A stretch of 64,000 nucleotides of DNA from Octopus sinensis (lineage: Eukaryota): the NCBI RefSeq assembly GCF_006345805.1, contig NC_043004.1:65038001-65102000 (forward strand), in the 5' to 3' direction. Positions 12,409 to 25,371 of the stretch are shown in pieces (within the stretch, counting starts at the first letter, position 1; each line of letters starts with the position of its first letter). The notes beneath the pieces are model-generated. The model saw only the letters and a list, made by a program, of their open reading frames with translations. It was not told where the DNA came from and ran no database searches. Made by a program: the position numbers and the translations under genes.

Positions 12409-12619
12409 TCTACTCTAGGCACAAGGCCAGAAATGTTTGGAGAGGGGGCCAGTCGATTAGATCGTCCCCAGTACGCAACTGGTACTTAATTTATCGACCC
12501 CGAAATGATGAAAGGCAAAGTCGACTTTGGCGGAATTTGAAATCAGAATGTAAATACAGACGAAATACCGCTAAGCATTTCGCCCGGTGCACTAACGATT
12601 CTGCCAGCTCACAGCCTTA
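12409..12619 (-). mobile_element. SINE family B, full length
   Basis: Reverse complement of aaggc..gagctggcagaatcgttag ... gatttcaaattcc ... ggccttgtgcctagagtaga. Confidence 0.9.
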
Positions 12620-12804
12620 AACGCTTTAATATTAATAACTGTTAGATCAGTTATCTCTTCCGAGAGACTATCACCATAAGAGATGCAAGTAGTAACGATA
12701 CGTAAAAGTAACGTCTGTTGCCATTTCAACATGGCTGTTCCGTACGGAACAACATTACTACTCTCTTTTAACCTCAGGAGAACACCTCCTCCCGTATATA
12801 TATA

Positions 12805-13031
12805 TTTTCTTTTACTGCGGCCATGCTGGAGCACCGCCTTTTAGTCGGCCATATCGAGCACGACTTATTCTTTCTAAGCCTAGCACTTATTCTATCGGTC
12901 TCTTTCACAGAATCGCTAGATAACGGGGCCGTAAACACACCAATGTCGGCTGTCAAGAGATGATAGGGGGTTAAACACAGACATACAAACATATACATAC
13001 ATACACACATTTATATATGTATGTATAATAT

Positions 13032-13108
<77 letters not shown>

Positions 13109-13269
13109 GACGGGCTTTTTTCAGTTTCCGTCTACCGAATACACTCACAAGGCTTTGCCGGGCCCGAGGTTATAGTAGAAGACACTTGCCGAAGGTGCCA
13201 CACAGTAGGATCGAGCTAAGAACCATGTGGTTGGTTAGCAAGCTACTTACCACAGAGCTACTCCTGCGC
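12805..13269 (-). mobile_element. SINE family A with expanded internal (TA)n
   Basis: Tail at 12805-12840, internal TA tract at about 13020-13106, head ends ctcctgcgc at 13269. Confidence 0.9.
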
Positions 13270-13519
13270 GTATATGTATATTTGTGTGTGTGTATGCCTG
13301 TATGTATGTATGTATGTATGTATGTATGTATGTATGTATGTATGTATGTATGTATGTATGTATGTATGTATGTATGTATGTATGTATGTATGTGTGTATG
13401 TGTGTATGTATGTGTGTATGTATGTATGTATGTATGTATGTATGTATGTATGTATGCATGTATGTATGTATGTATGTATGTATGTATGTATTTATGTATG
13501 TGCGTGTGTGTATATAATG

Positions 13520-13750
13520 TGTAGGTGTGTGGTTTAGTGGTGGTGAGGATGTAAAACACATAATCGTAAGATTTGATTCCTGGTTCGGTTGATGAGCGAA
13601 ATTCGTTTCACGTTGTTCCTGTCCATTTATAAGGCAAGGGTGGGTAATCCTGCAGCGGACGAGCGCGCCATCCAGTGGCAGGTCACTTAGATGTCACAGA
13701 ATCCGGGAAACCGGCTTTATGATTCTATGGCTCGGGACGGATCGTTGATC
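13520..13750 (+). mobile_element. Degenerate SINE, family C/D-type head
   Basis: gtgtggtttagtgg head, tttcacgttgttcc core, and ccgggaaaccggc tail shared with 24584 and 35681. Confidence 0.55.
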
Positions 13751-14196
13751 CTTAATACATACATACATAAATACACACACACATACGCACACGCATATTT
13801 ACATATATATTTACACACACACACACACACACATTTATATATACACACATCACTATATGCATGCTTGATTGGATGTTTGTATACGGATAAACACAGTCCT
13901 ATATACACCGTAGATTTATAACAATAAATCTCTCATACAACTATTTGCTGCATACGCATACCCGCACCCCTCACATATATACATAGGTGTATGTATATAT
14001 ATATACACACGAAAGATATATATGTTGTATACGTGTATGTCCATATATAAATGTAAAGGTATGTATATATATATGTACATACATATATATATATATATGA
14101 ATATATATATATATATACACACATTCATTTACATACACCCACATATATACGTACATATAATATATGTGCCTGTATATATATTTATACATGTATGTG

Positions 14197-14252
<56 letters not shown>

Positions 14253-14786
14253 TATGCGTTTGTGTGCGTGTGTATAAGCTCAATGGGGCATATTCTGTAT
14301 AGGTGTCGGTACAGCTATAAAACAAAAATGTTATCGCCATTAGACACCTACTTTACACGCTTCCTGGCACTCTGTTACGCACACACAGACAATAACTTAC
14401 ACAAATCCACACAGAAACACGCATCCACATACACACACAAGCACACATCCACATTACATACACAGATACCCACTTACACTCACATACACTTGCACCAAAC
14501 TACACTGATACACACTCAATTTATAATTTTCTTGCGTGTTATAAATGTCAGAGTTCAGTAGATTTACCGTTGTTTTGTACTTACTAAACATATTAGCTAA
14601 CAATATAGTAATTGTGCATACTCCACTCTTTCCCGGTCTGTCTTCTTCTTTTTTCTATTTTATTCTTTTATATTTATTGCTTCACTTGATTTTCTTGTTG
14701 TATTTATTACTCCCTCACAAACCTTCATTCTCTCTATCTCTCTCTCTTTCTTTCATTCTTTCTTTCTTTCTCTCTTTCGGTGCTTC

Positions 14787-14821
<35 letters not shown>

Positions 14822-14899
14822 TTGCTGCTCTTCCATCCCTTCACTGCATCGTTATTCCACGACTTCTGCTCCTATATTATCATTCAGACTTTTGTAATA

Positions 14900-14960
14900 T
14901 CATCACGATAATAGATATCATCATCATCATCATCACCGTCATCTTCATCATCATCATCAT

Positions 14961-14999
<39 letters not shown>

Positions 15000-15117
15000 G
15001 TCGTCATCGTCGTCATCATCATCAGCATCATCGACATCGTCATCGTCATCATCATCATCACCACTATCACCGTCATCATCATCATCATCAATCATCATCA
15101 TCATCACCACCACCACC

Positions 15118-15151
<34 letters not shown>

Positions 15152-15160
15152 TCATCTCTA
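14900..15160. repeat. (CAT)n/(CGT)n/(CAC)n trinucleotide block
   Basis: Direct reading; source of the poly-S/D/M ORFs. Confidence 0.95.
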
Positions 15161-15679
15161 GCACAGCTCCGTAGCAAAGTTGCATTCATTTATTTGATTG
15201 ATTGCAAGAATTTCTGGACCTTGATTTTTGTTTTTATGCTGTTAACAAGGAAATTCTAAATGTTTTGAGTGCTTCTCACTGTTACCCATGGTTGTGAAAA
15301 TAGGGGTTTTCTTTATCCGGGACATTGGTTAGCAATTTAAATCTTTTGTAAACATTGTCTCCTCGCAAATTCGGTCAAGGAAATCTAGGGGAAGCGGCAA
15401 TCTGTGCCAACAACAAAATGTGGTTAGAGCGGTTGAAACAAAAAGAATGAAGTAAATATAATGCCGTTGTAGACGGAGGCAATCAAATGTAAAAGAATTA
15501 ATCGACGATATCCACAATATTAACAATGACGGGTCATCACAACAGATGCGTTAGCGCCCTTACCAGGAATGAAAGTTTGAGCTTGTGGCACGTGCCGGTA
15601 AGAATAAAATAACATGGAGGAGTTAGGTTACAAAAGACAATGCTTAATTTCCCAGTGATTTCATCGTGAAAATTGAAAG

Positions 15680-16260
15680 AAAAAGAAAGGATGTCCCTCT
15701 GTTTCCTGCAAAACCAAAGTGTTTCTAGATGCTCTCAAATGAACAACTTCAAAGAAGCGTTGACCGTTGTGTGCCCTGTTGTGTGTTCGTTGACCGGATT
15801 GAACACATAGAAAAATATCCATAAGATTAAAGATGAAGCTAAAAAAAATCAGAATATAAAGGCTGAATGACAATATAGGTGCAACAGTTGATGAATCATG
15901 CAGTAGGAGGGGACTGGAGTGAGACAACAGGAAGAAAATGATCAATATAGATCAGCTCCCAGAAAATTAAATCAACATGGCAGATGTTAGTTACAAAAGC
16001 CTGTACCTCCTTGCATGACGATTTCATTACAGATTGGGCAACGAGGAAAATGATAACATATCTCTGTTTATAGAAAGACGAAATGCTTTATGTACGCCCT
16101 TCTATAAACTACTGGAGAAAGCTTTTACGAATATGCGGTATGAAGCGTATTCGCATTAGATCACGGAAAAATATAGCCTACAAGAATATAAGTCAAAAAC
16201 ATTCAGGCATAGGAAAAAAGGTAATTTCTCAAATCTAGAAAACCATATTGCCATTTATCA
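15680..16260 (+). pseudogene. Heavily decayed hAT (Charlie/Buster/SPIN-like) transposase remnant
   Basis: Frameshifted peptides NFKEALTVVCPVVC, INMADVSY, SLFIER and LL*TTGESFYEYAV resemble in order the hAT motifs EF.KE....A...CP, RI..M, QL.IFIR and TT.G.DIF..V. Weak and interrupted. Confidence 0.35.
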
Positions 16261-16402
16261 CAGCCTTAAGATGTTTCTCGTCACTGACAAGAAACATCTT
16301 ATATCATGATATAAAATTTCTAAGCGGTTCACCACCCAACCCCGCAATCATTTAGGTTCGCACAACATTAATTAATGTCTCACACGAAGATACACTTTAC
16401 AA

Positions 16403-16715
16403 CCAGCCTGGTCAACTCGAATTACATTGCGGGCCACTTTAATCACAAAGATTTTTTGATGGTCGCTTGTATACTGACAGACTTGAAAACATTTTGCTTT
16501 CTCATGCTATTATTACAATAATGCAAGAACGATCGTTGATTCAACTTGAAATATGGTCATTGCAAAACAGTAGTATCTTTTTTACTTTTCATTACAATCT
16601 TTAAGTTTTGATAAAATTTTTAAAATGTTTGTTTAAATAAACCCATTTCAAGAAAGAATCAAGCGGGCCTCAAGATAAAAGTCTTCGGCCCACGGCCTCA
16701 GGCTAGCCAGCCCTG
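16403..16715. mobile_element. hAT-type MITE
   Basis: Ends ccagcctggtcaac..gcgggccac and cggcccacggcctcaggctagccagccctg resemble Charlie/MER-type termini; flanks ctttacaa / ctcaacaa form a 6/8 match to an 8-bp TSD. Confidence 0.55.
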
Positions 16716-16851
16716 CTCAACAAGGTATCTAAATTTGCTAGAAATGGTAAATAAATTCTTCTTATTTTGCTTTTTCCCAATACTTCTTTGCAGAGATGCA
16801 TCACATATGAATTAAAATAGTCACATTTGCATAGTGCTACAACAAAAATAT

Positions 16852-17197
16852 GGGTACAGCTATGGCTGTGCGATTTGGAAACTCGCTTTACAACCTCCTA
16901 GTTTTGGGTTCAGTTCCACTGTTTGGCACATTGTATAAATGTTTTCTGCTATAGCACCAACCAATAACTTGCGATTGAATTCGGTTGAAATCTATGGTAT
17001 ATGTTTGTGTGAAATACGTGCCTTTGTGCTTGTCTTGGTTACCATCCAGCTTATAGTCCGACAACCGGTGTTGGTTTGTTTATCCCCCCCCGCTCAAATT
17101 TAAAGGTTCGGTAAAGGAGATCGCTTGAACAAGTGCCAAACTTAATGAAAAGTACTCGGGCCGCAGTAGTATGATTGAAACGAACAAAGATAAAAGA
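16852..17197 (+). mobile_element. SINE family A, old degenerate copy
   Basis: tggctgtg..gggttcagttccactgtttggcac head and gacaaccggtgttggtttgtttatcc 3' part. Confidence 0.6.
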
Positions 17198-17536
17198 TTA
17201 ATGATTGATTGTGTGTGGAATGTTCCTTATCGCTTTGTTCGAGTCATTATTTGTTTCACTCATTACGTTATGGCCATGCTGTGGCACCATCCTGAAGAGT
17301 TCCAGTAAAACAAAACACTTCCAGTATTTATTATTTTAAAGCATGGTACTTACCCTCTCGTTCTCTTCTCGTCAAACCTCTTACTTGAAGGAGCGCAAAC
17401 AAACCAATACCAGTTGTCAATTTGCATGCATACAAACAAAAAGACGAATTCGCATACACAAAGAGACACGATAGGATTCCACACCGTTTCCGTCTTTCAT
17501 AGTCTCTTACAAGGCACGGATCGGTCTGTAGCTGCA

Positions 17537-17973
<437 letters not shown>

Positions 17974-18009
17974 GTTTCTATCTTTATTTTTTTACTAGTT
18001 CTAGCATTA

Positions 18010-18561
18010 GACTGCGTCCATGCTGGTGTACAACCTTCAAGAATTTTGGTCGAAAGAATCGAGTCCACTGTTTATTATTATTTTTTTGTCGAGCCACTTC
18101 TTGCGGAGATGTAAACACACCATCACCGGTTGTGAAGCGGTGGTGGGGACAAACACACACACACACACACACCACACACACACACACATATATATATATG
18201 TGTACGACGGGATTCTATCAGTTTCTGTCTACCACAATACTTTGGTCAGCCCTAGGCTATTGCAGGAGATACTTGCCCAAGGTGCTACACAGTGGGACTG
18301 AACCTGTAGCCATGTGGCTGGGGAATAAAATGTTTACCACACAACCACACCTACACCTATATATATGTGTCTGTGAAGGTGTGTGTGTGTGTATATATGT
18401 ATTTCTTTTGTTTCGGTCATTTGACTGCGTCATGCTGGTGTACAACCTTCAAGAATTTTGGTCGAAAGAATCGAGTCCACTGTTTATTATTATTTTTTTG
18501 TCGAGCCACTTCTTGCGGAGATGTAAACACACCATCACCGGTTGTGAAGCGGTGGTGGGGA

Positions 18562-18614
<53 letters not shown>

Positions 18615-18837
18615 GTGTACGACGGGATTCTATCAGTTTCTGTCTACCACAATGCTTTGGTCAGCCCTAGGCTATTGCAGGAGATACTTGCCCAAGGTGC
18701 TACACAGTGGGACTGAACCTGTAGCCATGTGGCTGGGGAATAAAATGTTTACCACACAACCACACCTACACCTATATATATGTGTCTGTGAAGGTGTGTG
18801 TGTGTGTATATATGTATTTCTTTTGTTTCGGTCATTT
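18010..18837 (-). repeat. Near-identical tandem duplication (~414 bp unit) of a SINE-A copy plus flank
   Basis: 18010-18422 and 18423-18837 share diagnostic mutations; they differ mainly in CA-tract length and one or two bases. Confidence 0.9.
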
Positions 18838-19203
18838 GACTGCGGTCATGCTGGAGCGCCGCCTTTAGTCGAGCAAATCGACCCTGGACTTATTCTTTGT
18901 AAGCCTAGTACTTATTTTATTGGTCTCCCTTGCCGAACAGCTAAGTTACGGGGACGTAAACACACCAGCATTCGTTGTCAAGCGATGTTTGGGGGACAAA
19001 CACAGACACACAATCACAGACACATATATATATATATACATATATACGGGCTTCTTTCAGTTCCATCTACCAAATATACTCACAAGGCTTTGGTTGGCCC
19101 GAGGCTATTGTAGAAGACACTTGCCGAAGGTGCCACGCAGTGGGACTGAATCCGTAATCATGTGGTTGATAAGCAAGCTACTTACCACACAGCCACTCCT
19201 GCG
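18825..19203 (-). mobile_element. SINE family A, full length, close to consensus
   Basis: Complete head, core, internal CA/TA linker and tail gactgcggtcatgctggagcgccgcc. Confidence 0.9.
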
Positions 19204-19267
19204 ACTATATATATATATATGTGTGTGTGTATGTATGCATATATATGTGTGTGTGTATGTACATATG

Positions 19268-19299
<32 letters not shown>

Positions 19300-19846
19300 A
19301 GTGTATGCATACATGCATGTATTACGTATGTATGCTTACTCATCAACTAACGCATCGATATAAAGTTAAGCTGTAGGAATAAAAAAATAACCATGATTGA
19401 AGTAACAGGAAATGTATCATCCCCATCCAACACACCCAACGACCGATAACCCACTGTGGAATTATGGGTAAAGTACTCGTTCGTTGTATAATGGCGAATT
19501 AATATATTAATTCATTGACAACAACATCCATATGCAACACATAATCTCGCGCACACATCCATACACACACGGACACGAGCACTCATTTCAAACACACACA
19601 CACACACACAAATACACAGTCGGGCAGACATGGAACACGAACTTTCACGCAATCAGACTTCATATGGATTAATTTCCCGTCAAATTGATGACAAAAAAAT
19701 CGAGCAAGCGCATATGCCAATGTGTACCAGTCAGTGTGAGTATTAACGTATGTATTAATACATATATGTGTATATATGTGCGTACATATATATGTATATT
19801 CGTAGATGCATACATCTATATACGTATATACATATATAGATGCACG

Positions 19847-19878
<32 letters not shown>

Positions 19879-20237
19879 CATGTACGTATATATATATGCA
19901 TCTATATATTCATATGCGTATATATATATATATATGTATGTATGGGTGTAACACAAATATACATAAGCGTTGTTTATTCACATATATACATACAAACACA
20001 CATACGGTTGCACCAACCATTATATCCAGCGACTTACATCGTCTTACGATTAGATGTGGATCCACCATACATGCATAGATACATAATACATTCATACATA
20101 CGTTAATAAACACACACGTACATATATATATATAACAAATTAATAAATAAAACATATGCATATATACATACACATATGTACGTACCTACCTCTACATGTA
20201 TATATACATGCATATATGGGTACAGGACACCAAAAAA

Positions 20238-20358
20238 AAAAAACGTCAAACACAATGAGAAACGAAAACATTAACACAAAACCAAGGAACTGGACATTTT
20301 TCTTCCAGTTCCTTGGTTTTGTGTTTGTTTTCGTTTCTCATTGTGTTCGACGTTTTTT
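20238..20358. other. ~55-bp-arm hairpin with 9-nt loop
   Basis: aaaaaacgtcaaacacaatgagaaacgaaaacattaacacaaaaccaaggaactgga / catttttct / reverse complement with 1 mismatch and a 2-nt indel; right arm ends at a TA tract. Confidence 0.9.
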
Positions 20359-20382
20359 ATATATATACGTGTAGCATAAATG

Positions 20383-20416
<34 letters not shown>

Positions 20417-21069
20417 CTCATTTAAATACATACATTGACCGTGTTTCTCACATACTACATATACACGGACATCTGTTTATATGTTTATATATACATATAT
20501 ATATATATTCATATATATGCACACTGCTCTCTATACGTTAACACGCGTATTCATCCAATATCTTGTGAACTGTACGTTTATTCCAACGAGGGATTGAGGT
20601 CATATTGGAGTTTATTGATCCACAGTACGCTGGACTGGTGGAGCTACAGTCACCTCACCCCACTTTTATTGTCCACTACCACGGCCGAACTTTAATTTAA
20701 TCTGTCTAGATACAACATGGCGTCAACGGGTTATCAAATTGCAGGCATCCTCTAATTATTCCTTTAAACTTCTTGGGTTATTTTTGACATCAAAACAGGT
20801 TGCCAATGTTAATGTGTTGGTTCTTTATTTTTTGTATGTGTGTGAGTAAGAGGTGTGTGTTTATGCGTGTGTATGTGTGTTTGTGTGTGCGAGTGTGTGT
20901 GTACGTGTGTGAGTGTGTGTGTGTTTGCCTGTAGTATGTGTGTGTGTGTGTGTGTGTAAAGTGAAGGTGAGGCGACCGAGAGAATGAGAGAGAAAGAGAG
21001 AGAGAGAGAGGGAGGAAGGATTTGTTTTACTTTTTGTTATAATAGAAGGAAAAGAAGAATAACAACAAA

Positions 21070-21072
21070 AGC

Positions 21073-21140
<68 letters not shown>

Positions 21141-21288
21141 TAATAATAACAGCAACAGCAACAACAACAACAACAATAATAATAATAATAACAATAATAA
21201 TAATAATGATAATAATATTTCTTTGTCAGATGCGGACACAATCCTTTACCTTTGCACCATCTCCTCAACGTCACACATACAGGAACGC

Positions 21289-21328
<40 letters not shown>

Positions 21329-21905
21329 CGGTGTCTTATTCTTTATATCTTCGCCTCTTTCCTGATTCTTCATCGCACTCTTTAATCCTTTCAACACTCT
21401 AACCACCACTGCCACTACCATCGCGTGTACCACCACCACCACCACCAACACTGAGACGACGACGACCACCACCACCACCACCACCACCATCACCACCACC
21501 ACCACCACCTCCACCACCATCACCACCATCACCACCACCACCACCACCACCACCACCATCATCACTACCACCACCACCACCCCACCACCACCACCACACC
21601 ACCATCATCACTACCACCACCACCACCCCACCACCACCACATCACCACCACCATCACACCACCACCACCATCAACCACCACCACCACCACCACCATCACC
21701 ACACCACCACCACACCACCATCACCACCACCACCACCACCACCACCACCATCATCACCACCACCACCACCACCACCATCACCACCACCATCACCACCACC
21801 ACCATCATCACCACCACCACCACCACCACCATCACCATTGCCAGCACCAGCACCAGCAGCACCACCACAACCAACCAACCCCACCACCACCATCACCATC
21901 ATTCC
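21070..21905. repeat. (AAT)n, (CA)n and long (CAC)n/(CAT)n tracts
   Basis: Direct reading; source of the poly-V/G ORFs. Confidence 0.95.
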
Positions 21906-22271
21906 CATCATCATCATCATTGTCCTCCCTATCTACCACCTCCTACTCATCCTCGTCATCGCTGCTGTCATCGTCGTCGACATCGGTGTTATCGTTGTAG
22001 GCGTTATCATCATCATCGTCATCAATTTGCGTCACATTCTCTTCACCATTAGCATAATTCTTTCCTTTTCTTGTTTGCTAATTCTTGCCTGGCGTCATTT
22101 AACATAAATTGTTGACACAGCCGTTTCATGTTCCGAGATGTTTAACTCTCGATTACTGCTGTTTTATGATGTAACATTGTTGTTTAACACTCGGTTATCG
22201 CTGATTTAAGCTGTAACATGATTGGTCAGTTTTCAGTCACTGCTGTTTCATGTTGTAACATGGATGTTTAA

Positions 22272-22993
22272 CCCTTTAGCATTCAAATTACTGTCAAATG
22301 TCATAATTATTTATTTACGTTGTTCTGAATTAAACATGATTTATCTTGTAGCTTTGAAAAGTCGATATTGTGTTTATTTTTAGAATGACATTGTAAGAGA
22401 GGTGTGAGAAGACTGATCTGACCCCTTGACATCGGTTGACGCAAATATGCGATCACACGTTTGCTTGCCTATCTGCGGTTGACGTAAACATACGATGTAG
22501 AGCTGCCCTACACCAATCACAGACTTTTTAGCAGCTGACGTATGTTTACGTTCGCTATCGTGTACTCTATCTCTTGAGGTGCGCGCGCTCGCCGTGCCGT
22601 GCATTATCTCAGCTGTTTTAGGTTACGTCCAAGTCATGAGACTAGCAGTAGACCAATGACATGCGGGTTCTTTACATGCTCAATACCGTGTTTTGAGTTG
22701 TACCACATGCAAGCTATCTTTTGAACTTGAGCAGAATAACTCGTGCATATCATAAATATGATAAATAACTTCACATAAATAGCTTCGTTTTCAGAAACCG
22801 GTAGACGTAAATGTATGACGCTATGTTATTGTAACGGTGAACGTAGATAGACGCGAACCCGTTGGCACTTGTGTGTTTGTGTGGCCCCGTTAGATAAAAA
22901 AATACACAGAACAGTTTCTCGCATGCTTCGGGTCAAGGGGTTAAAAGAGGTAAAATGTTTGGGCAGGATATGGCTGCTTTAATTGCTAAAGAT
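22272..22993. mobile_element. piggyBac-like MITE with TTAA target duplication
   Basis: TTAA (22268-22271) then ccctttagcatt; far end aattgctaaagat then TTAA (22994-22997). Removing it restores the host minisatellite unit. Confidence 0.7.
22422..22940. mobile_element. Second piggyBac-like element nested inside the MITE
   Basis: Termini ccccttgac / gtcaagggg followed by TTAA (22941-22944); left TTAA is missing. Confidence 0.5.
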
Positions 22994-23299
22994 TTAACCC
23001 TCGACTACTGCTGTTTTCTGTTGAATGATCAATTTTTTATATTTCGTAGGTGGTGTTTTATGTTGTAGCATGGATTTATGTTGTAGCAATCTGTCACTGC
23101 TCTTTTAGGTTGCCACATAGATGTTTCACTCTCCACTACTGCTGTTTTATGTTGTGACATGAATGTTTGCCATTTCATGTTATAACCTTGGCGTATAACT
23201 CTCAGTTATTGACGTTTCTCCGTTTGAATTCCCTCTCCTGCGTTTGTCAGCTTGTTTTATGTTTAGCATGTTGAGAATTAATAGTAATAATACGTTGGT

Positions 23300-23730
23300 T
23301 TACGTTTATGGGTGCACGGGTCTCTGACGAGGGAACACGAGGTGCTTTTTCGAAGTAGTTTGTTCGATTTGGTCCTCACCTGACATCCAACTCTCACTTG
23401 TGTCTCCTCGAAGCTGTCTGCATGCAACAGCAGCCAAGCCCCGGGCTAAACCATGATGAGAGTAGCTGAAGGATTTCAAATCTTCGATGAGCGGGGGCTT
23501 GTCTACCGATGCATGTGAAGACTTGTGAAGACTAGACCCGGTGGACTGTGCAGGGGAAACCACCAAATTATTTCGACGGGCCGGCCAGTAAGCGCTGTGG
23601 AGCACAGGCAGGGCACAGTGAGATACGAAGGACATCGCGGCCTCCCATTTGATTGCGATTTATGTCTAGTCGTCTTGACTTCGTCCTGTTACTGAATTCA
23701 GAAAGGAAGAGACAGAGAGTAAGACAGATG
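23300..23730. mobile_element. Unclassified interspersed repeat, copy 1
   Basis: 23455-23728 is clearly homologous to 27337-27607 in the same orientation; GC-richer than flanks; class not determined (a solo LTR is possible). Confidence 0.55.
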
Positions 23731-24252
23731 ACGTTGCGCAATCCTCTCTCACAAGGCATCACACCATCCTAGATGTTCACTTTACAACCCTGTCTATAAA
23801 TGGCTGACAAGTTCTGAGGTTCGATGTAAAGACAGAAACGGGTTTTTGATTACAGAATATATCCTACACTTCTTTATTAGAAGCTATCAACAAACAGAAC
23901 CTCTAATTCGTTGCTCTACCGATTAGTAACAGCACACAAATCGTTTTCAAATCATACACTACTGCTTTTAAGGAGAGAAAATGTGTGTCCTAGATATACA
24001 AAAAAAGGGGGAAATAGTCACAGCGGTTGGGTTTTCATCATTAAGCAGAACTATTGAAGAACAATAAGAAAAAGACAACGACAGTGTAATGAAGAAATAC
24101 GACAAGTGAATTTCGAATTTGTTAAACTAAAAGAGAAAATAAATCACATCGTTTCTGGCAGTCGAGTCTTAAACTAAATCAAGCAAAGAACTAGACTTGA
24201 CAGAGGTAAGACGTCCATAATGTGGAAGCTTCACCCAACATCATGGAATATA

Positions 24253-24302
<50 letters not shown>

Positions 24303-24403
24303 GTGTGTGTGTGTATGTGTGTGTGTGTGTATGTTTGTGTGTATGTGTGTTGGACCGCTGAACTCTACACGTTTTTTCATTCCCTATTTATTTCCTTATA
24401 TTC

Positions 24404-24439
24404 CTTTCTGTTGAAGAGCGTAGGCTCGAAACGTAAAAG
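24404..24439 (+). ncRNA. Compact hammerhead-like motif with A6U core variant in a PLE-like end (about 24350-24540)
   Basis: CUUU-CUGUUGA-A-GAGC-GUAG-GCUC-GAAA-C-GUA/AAAG: 4-bp stem I, perfect 4-bp stem II with tetraloop (one extra A after the core), loopless ACGU stem III. Confidence 0.5.
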
Positions 24440-24583
24440 ACTTTCTATTTCCCCCACGAGCGTCAAACTATTACACTTGTTTGTTGTTCATACACCTGTC
24501 TTCGTCTTTTGTTTTTGTTTTTCTATTAATTTAAATTACATATGTGTGTGTGTGTATGTGTGTGCGTGTGTGTGCGTGTACGT

Positions 24584-24820
24584 GGAGGCGTGTGACTTAG
24601 AGTGCTGGACTGTGAGTGCTGGATTGTGGTTTCGATTCCTGGTCCGGGCAGTGTTCTTGAGCAAAACACTTCATTTCATGTTACTCCAGTAAGCTCAGCT
24701 GGCAAAAATAAATAACCCTGCGAGGGACTGGAGTCCTATCCAGGTGGGGAATATATGTGCCACGGAAACCGGGAAACCGGTTGTGTGAGTCTATATGACT
24801 CGCCAATGGACTTTACTTTC
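24584..24820 (+). mobile_element. SINE with tRNA-like head and CORE-like domain
   Basis: ggaggcgtgtgacttagag..ggtttcgattcc, then ttcttgagcaaaacacttcatttcatgttactccagtaagctcagctgg. Confidence 0.75.
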
Positions 24821-24846
24821 TTTTGTCTGTGTGTGTGTGTGTGTAT

Positions 24847-24881
<35 letters not shown>

Positions 24882-25168
24882 CGTGCGTGTATGTGTGTGT
24901 CTGTGTGCGTGTATGTGTGGTATGATTACAGGGTGTCTGTATATTACCTTTACAATTTGAAAAATTTAGGAAAAGACAAAAGAAAAAATATGGATAAACT
25001 CGCCAGAGTTTATTGGAAAACATAGGAAAACAAATAAAGTTTTATTAGTAACATTGAAGCACTTCCACGCGGGTTCCAATGGAGGTAAAGGAACTGATTG
25101 ATGGGTCTCAACATTAGCAGATACAATAGATTGGGGAAGTTGTAAAGATAATTATGAACATTCTGTGT

Positions 25169-25204
<36 letters not shown>

Positions 25205-25210
25205 CCATAC

Positions 25211-25241
<31 letters not shown>

Positions 25242-25243
25242 TA

Positions 25244-25277
<34 letters not shown>

Positions 25278-25326
25278 TAGGTGAAATTGATTAATTTTAT
25301 TAAATTAATTATATTCCACCCTTTAT

Positions 25327-25371
<45 letters not shown>

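Larger units (their letters stand above)
22137..23260. repeat. Degenerate ~40-bp minisatellite split by an insertion
   Basis: Recurring gatgtttaac(t/c)ctcgactactgctgttttatgttgtaacat at about 22137-22270 and 22994-23200. Confidence 0.6.

Noticed and set aside
16267-16301. 12+4-bp hairpin taagatgtttct..agaaacatctta
   Set aside because: Short and AT-rich; compatible with a local template-switch event or chance, with no further support.
20717-20755. CAACATGGCG start giving MASTGYQIAGIL, reminiscent of a claudin N-terminus
   Set aside because: Stop codon after 12 residues and no GT donor before it.
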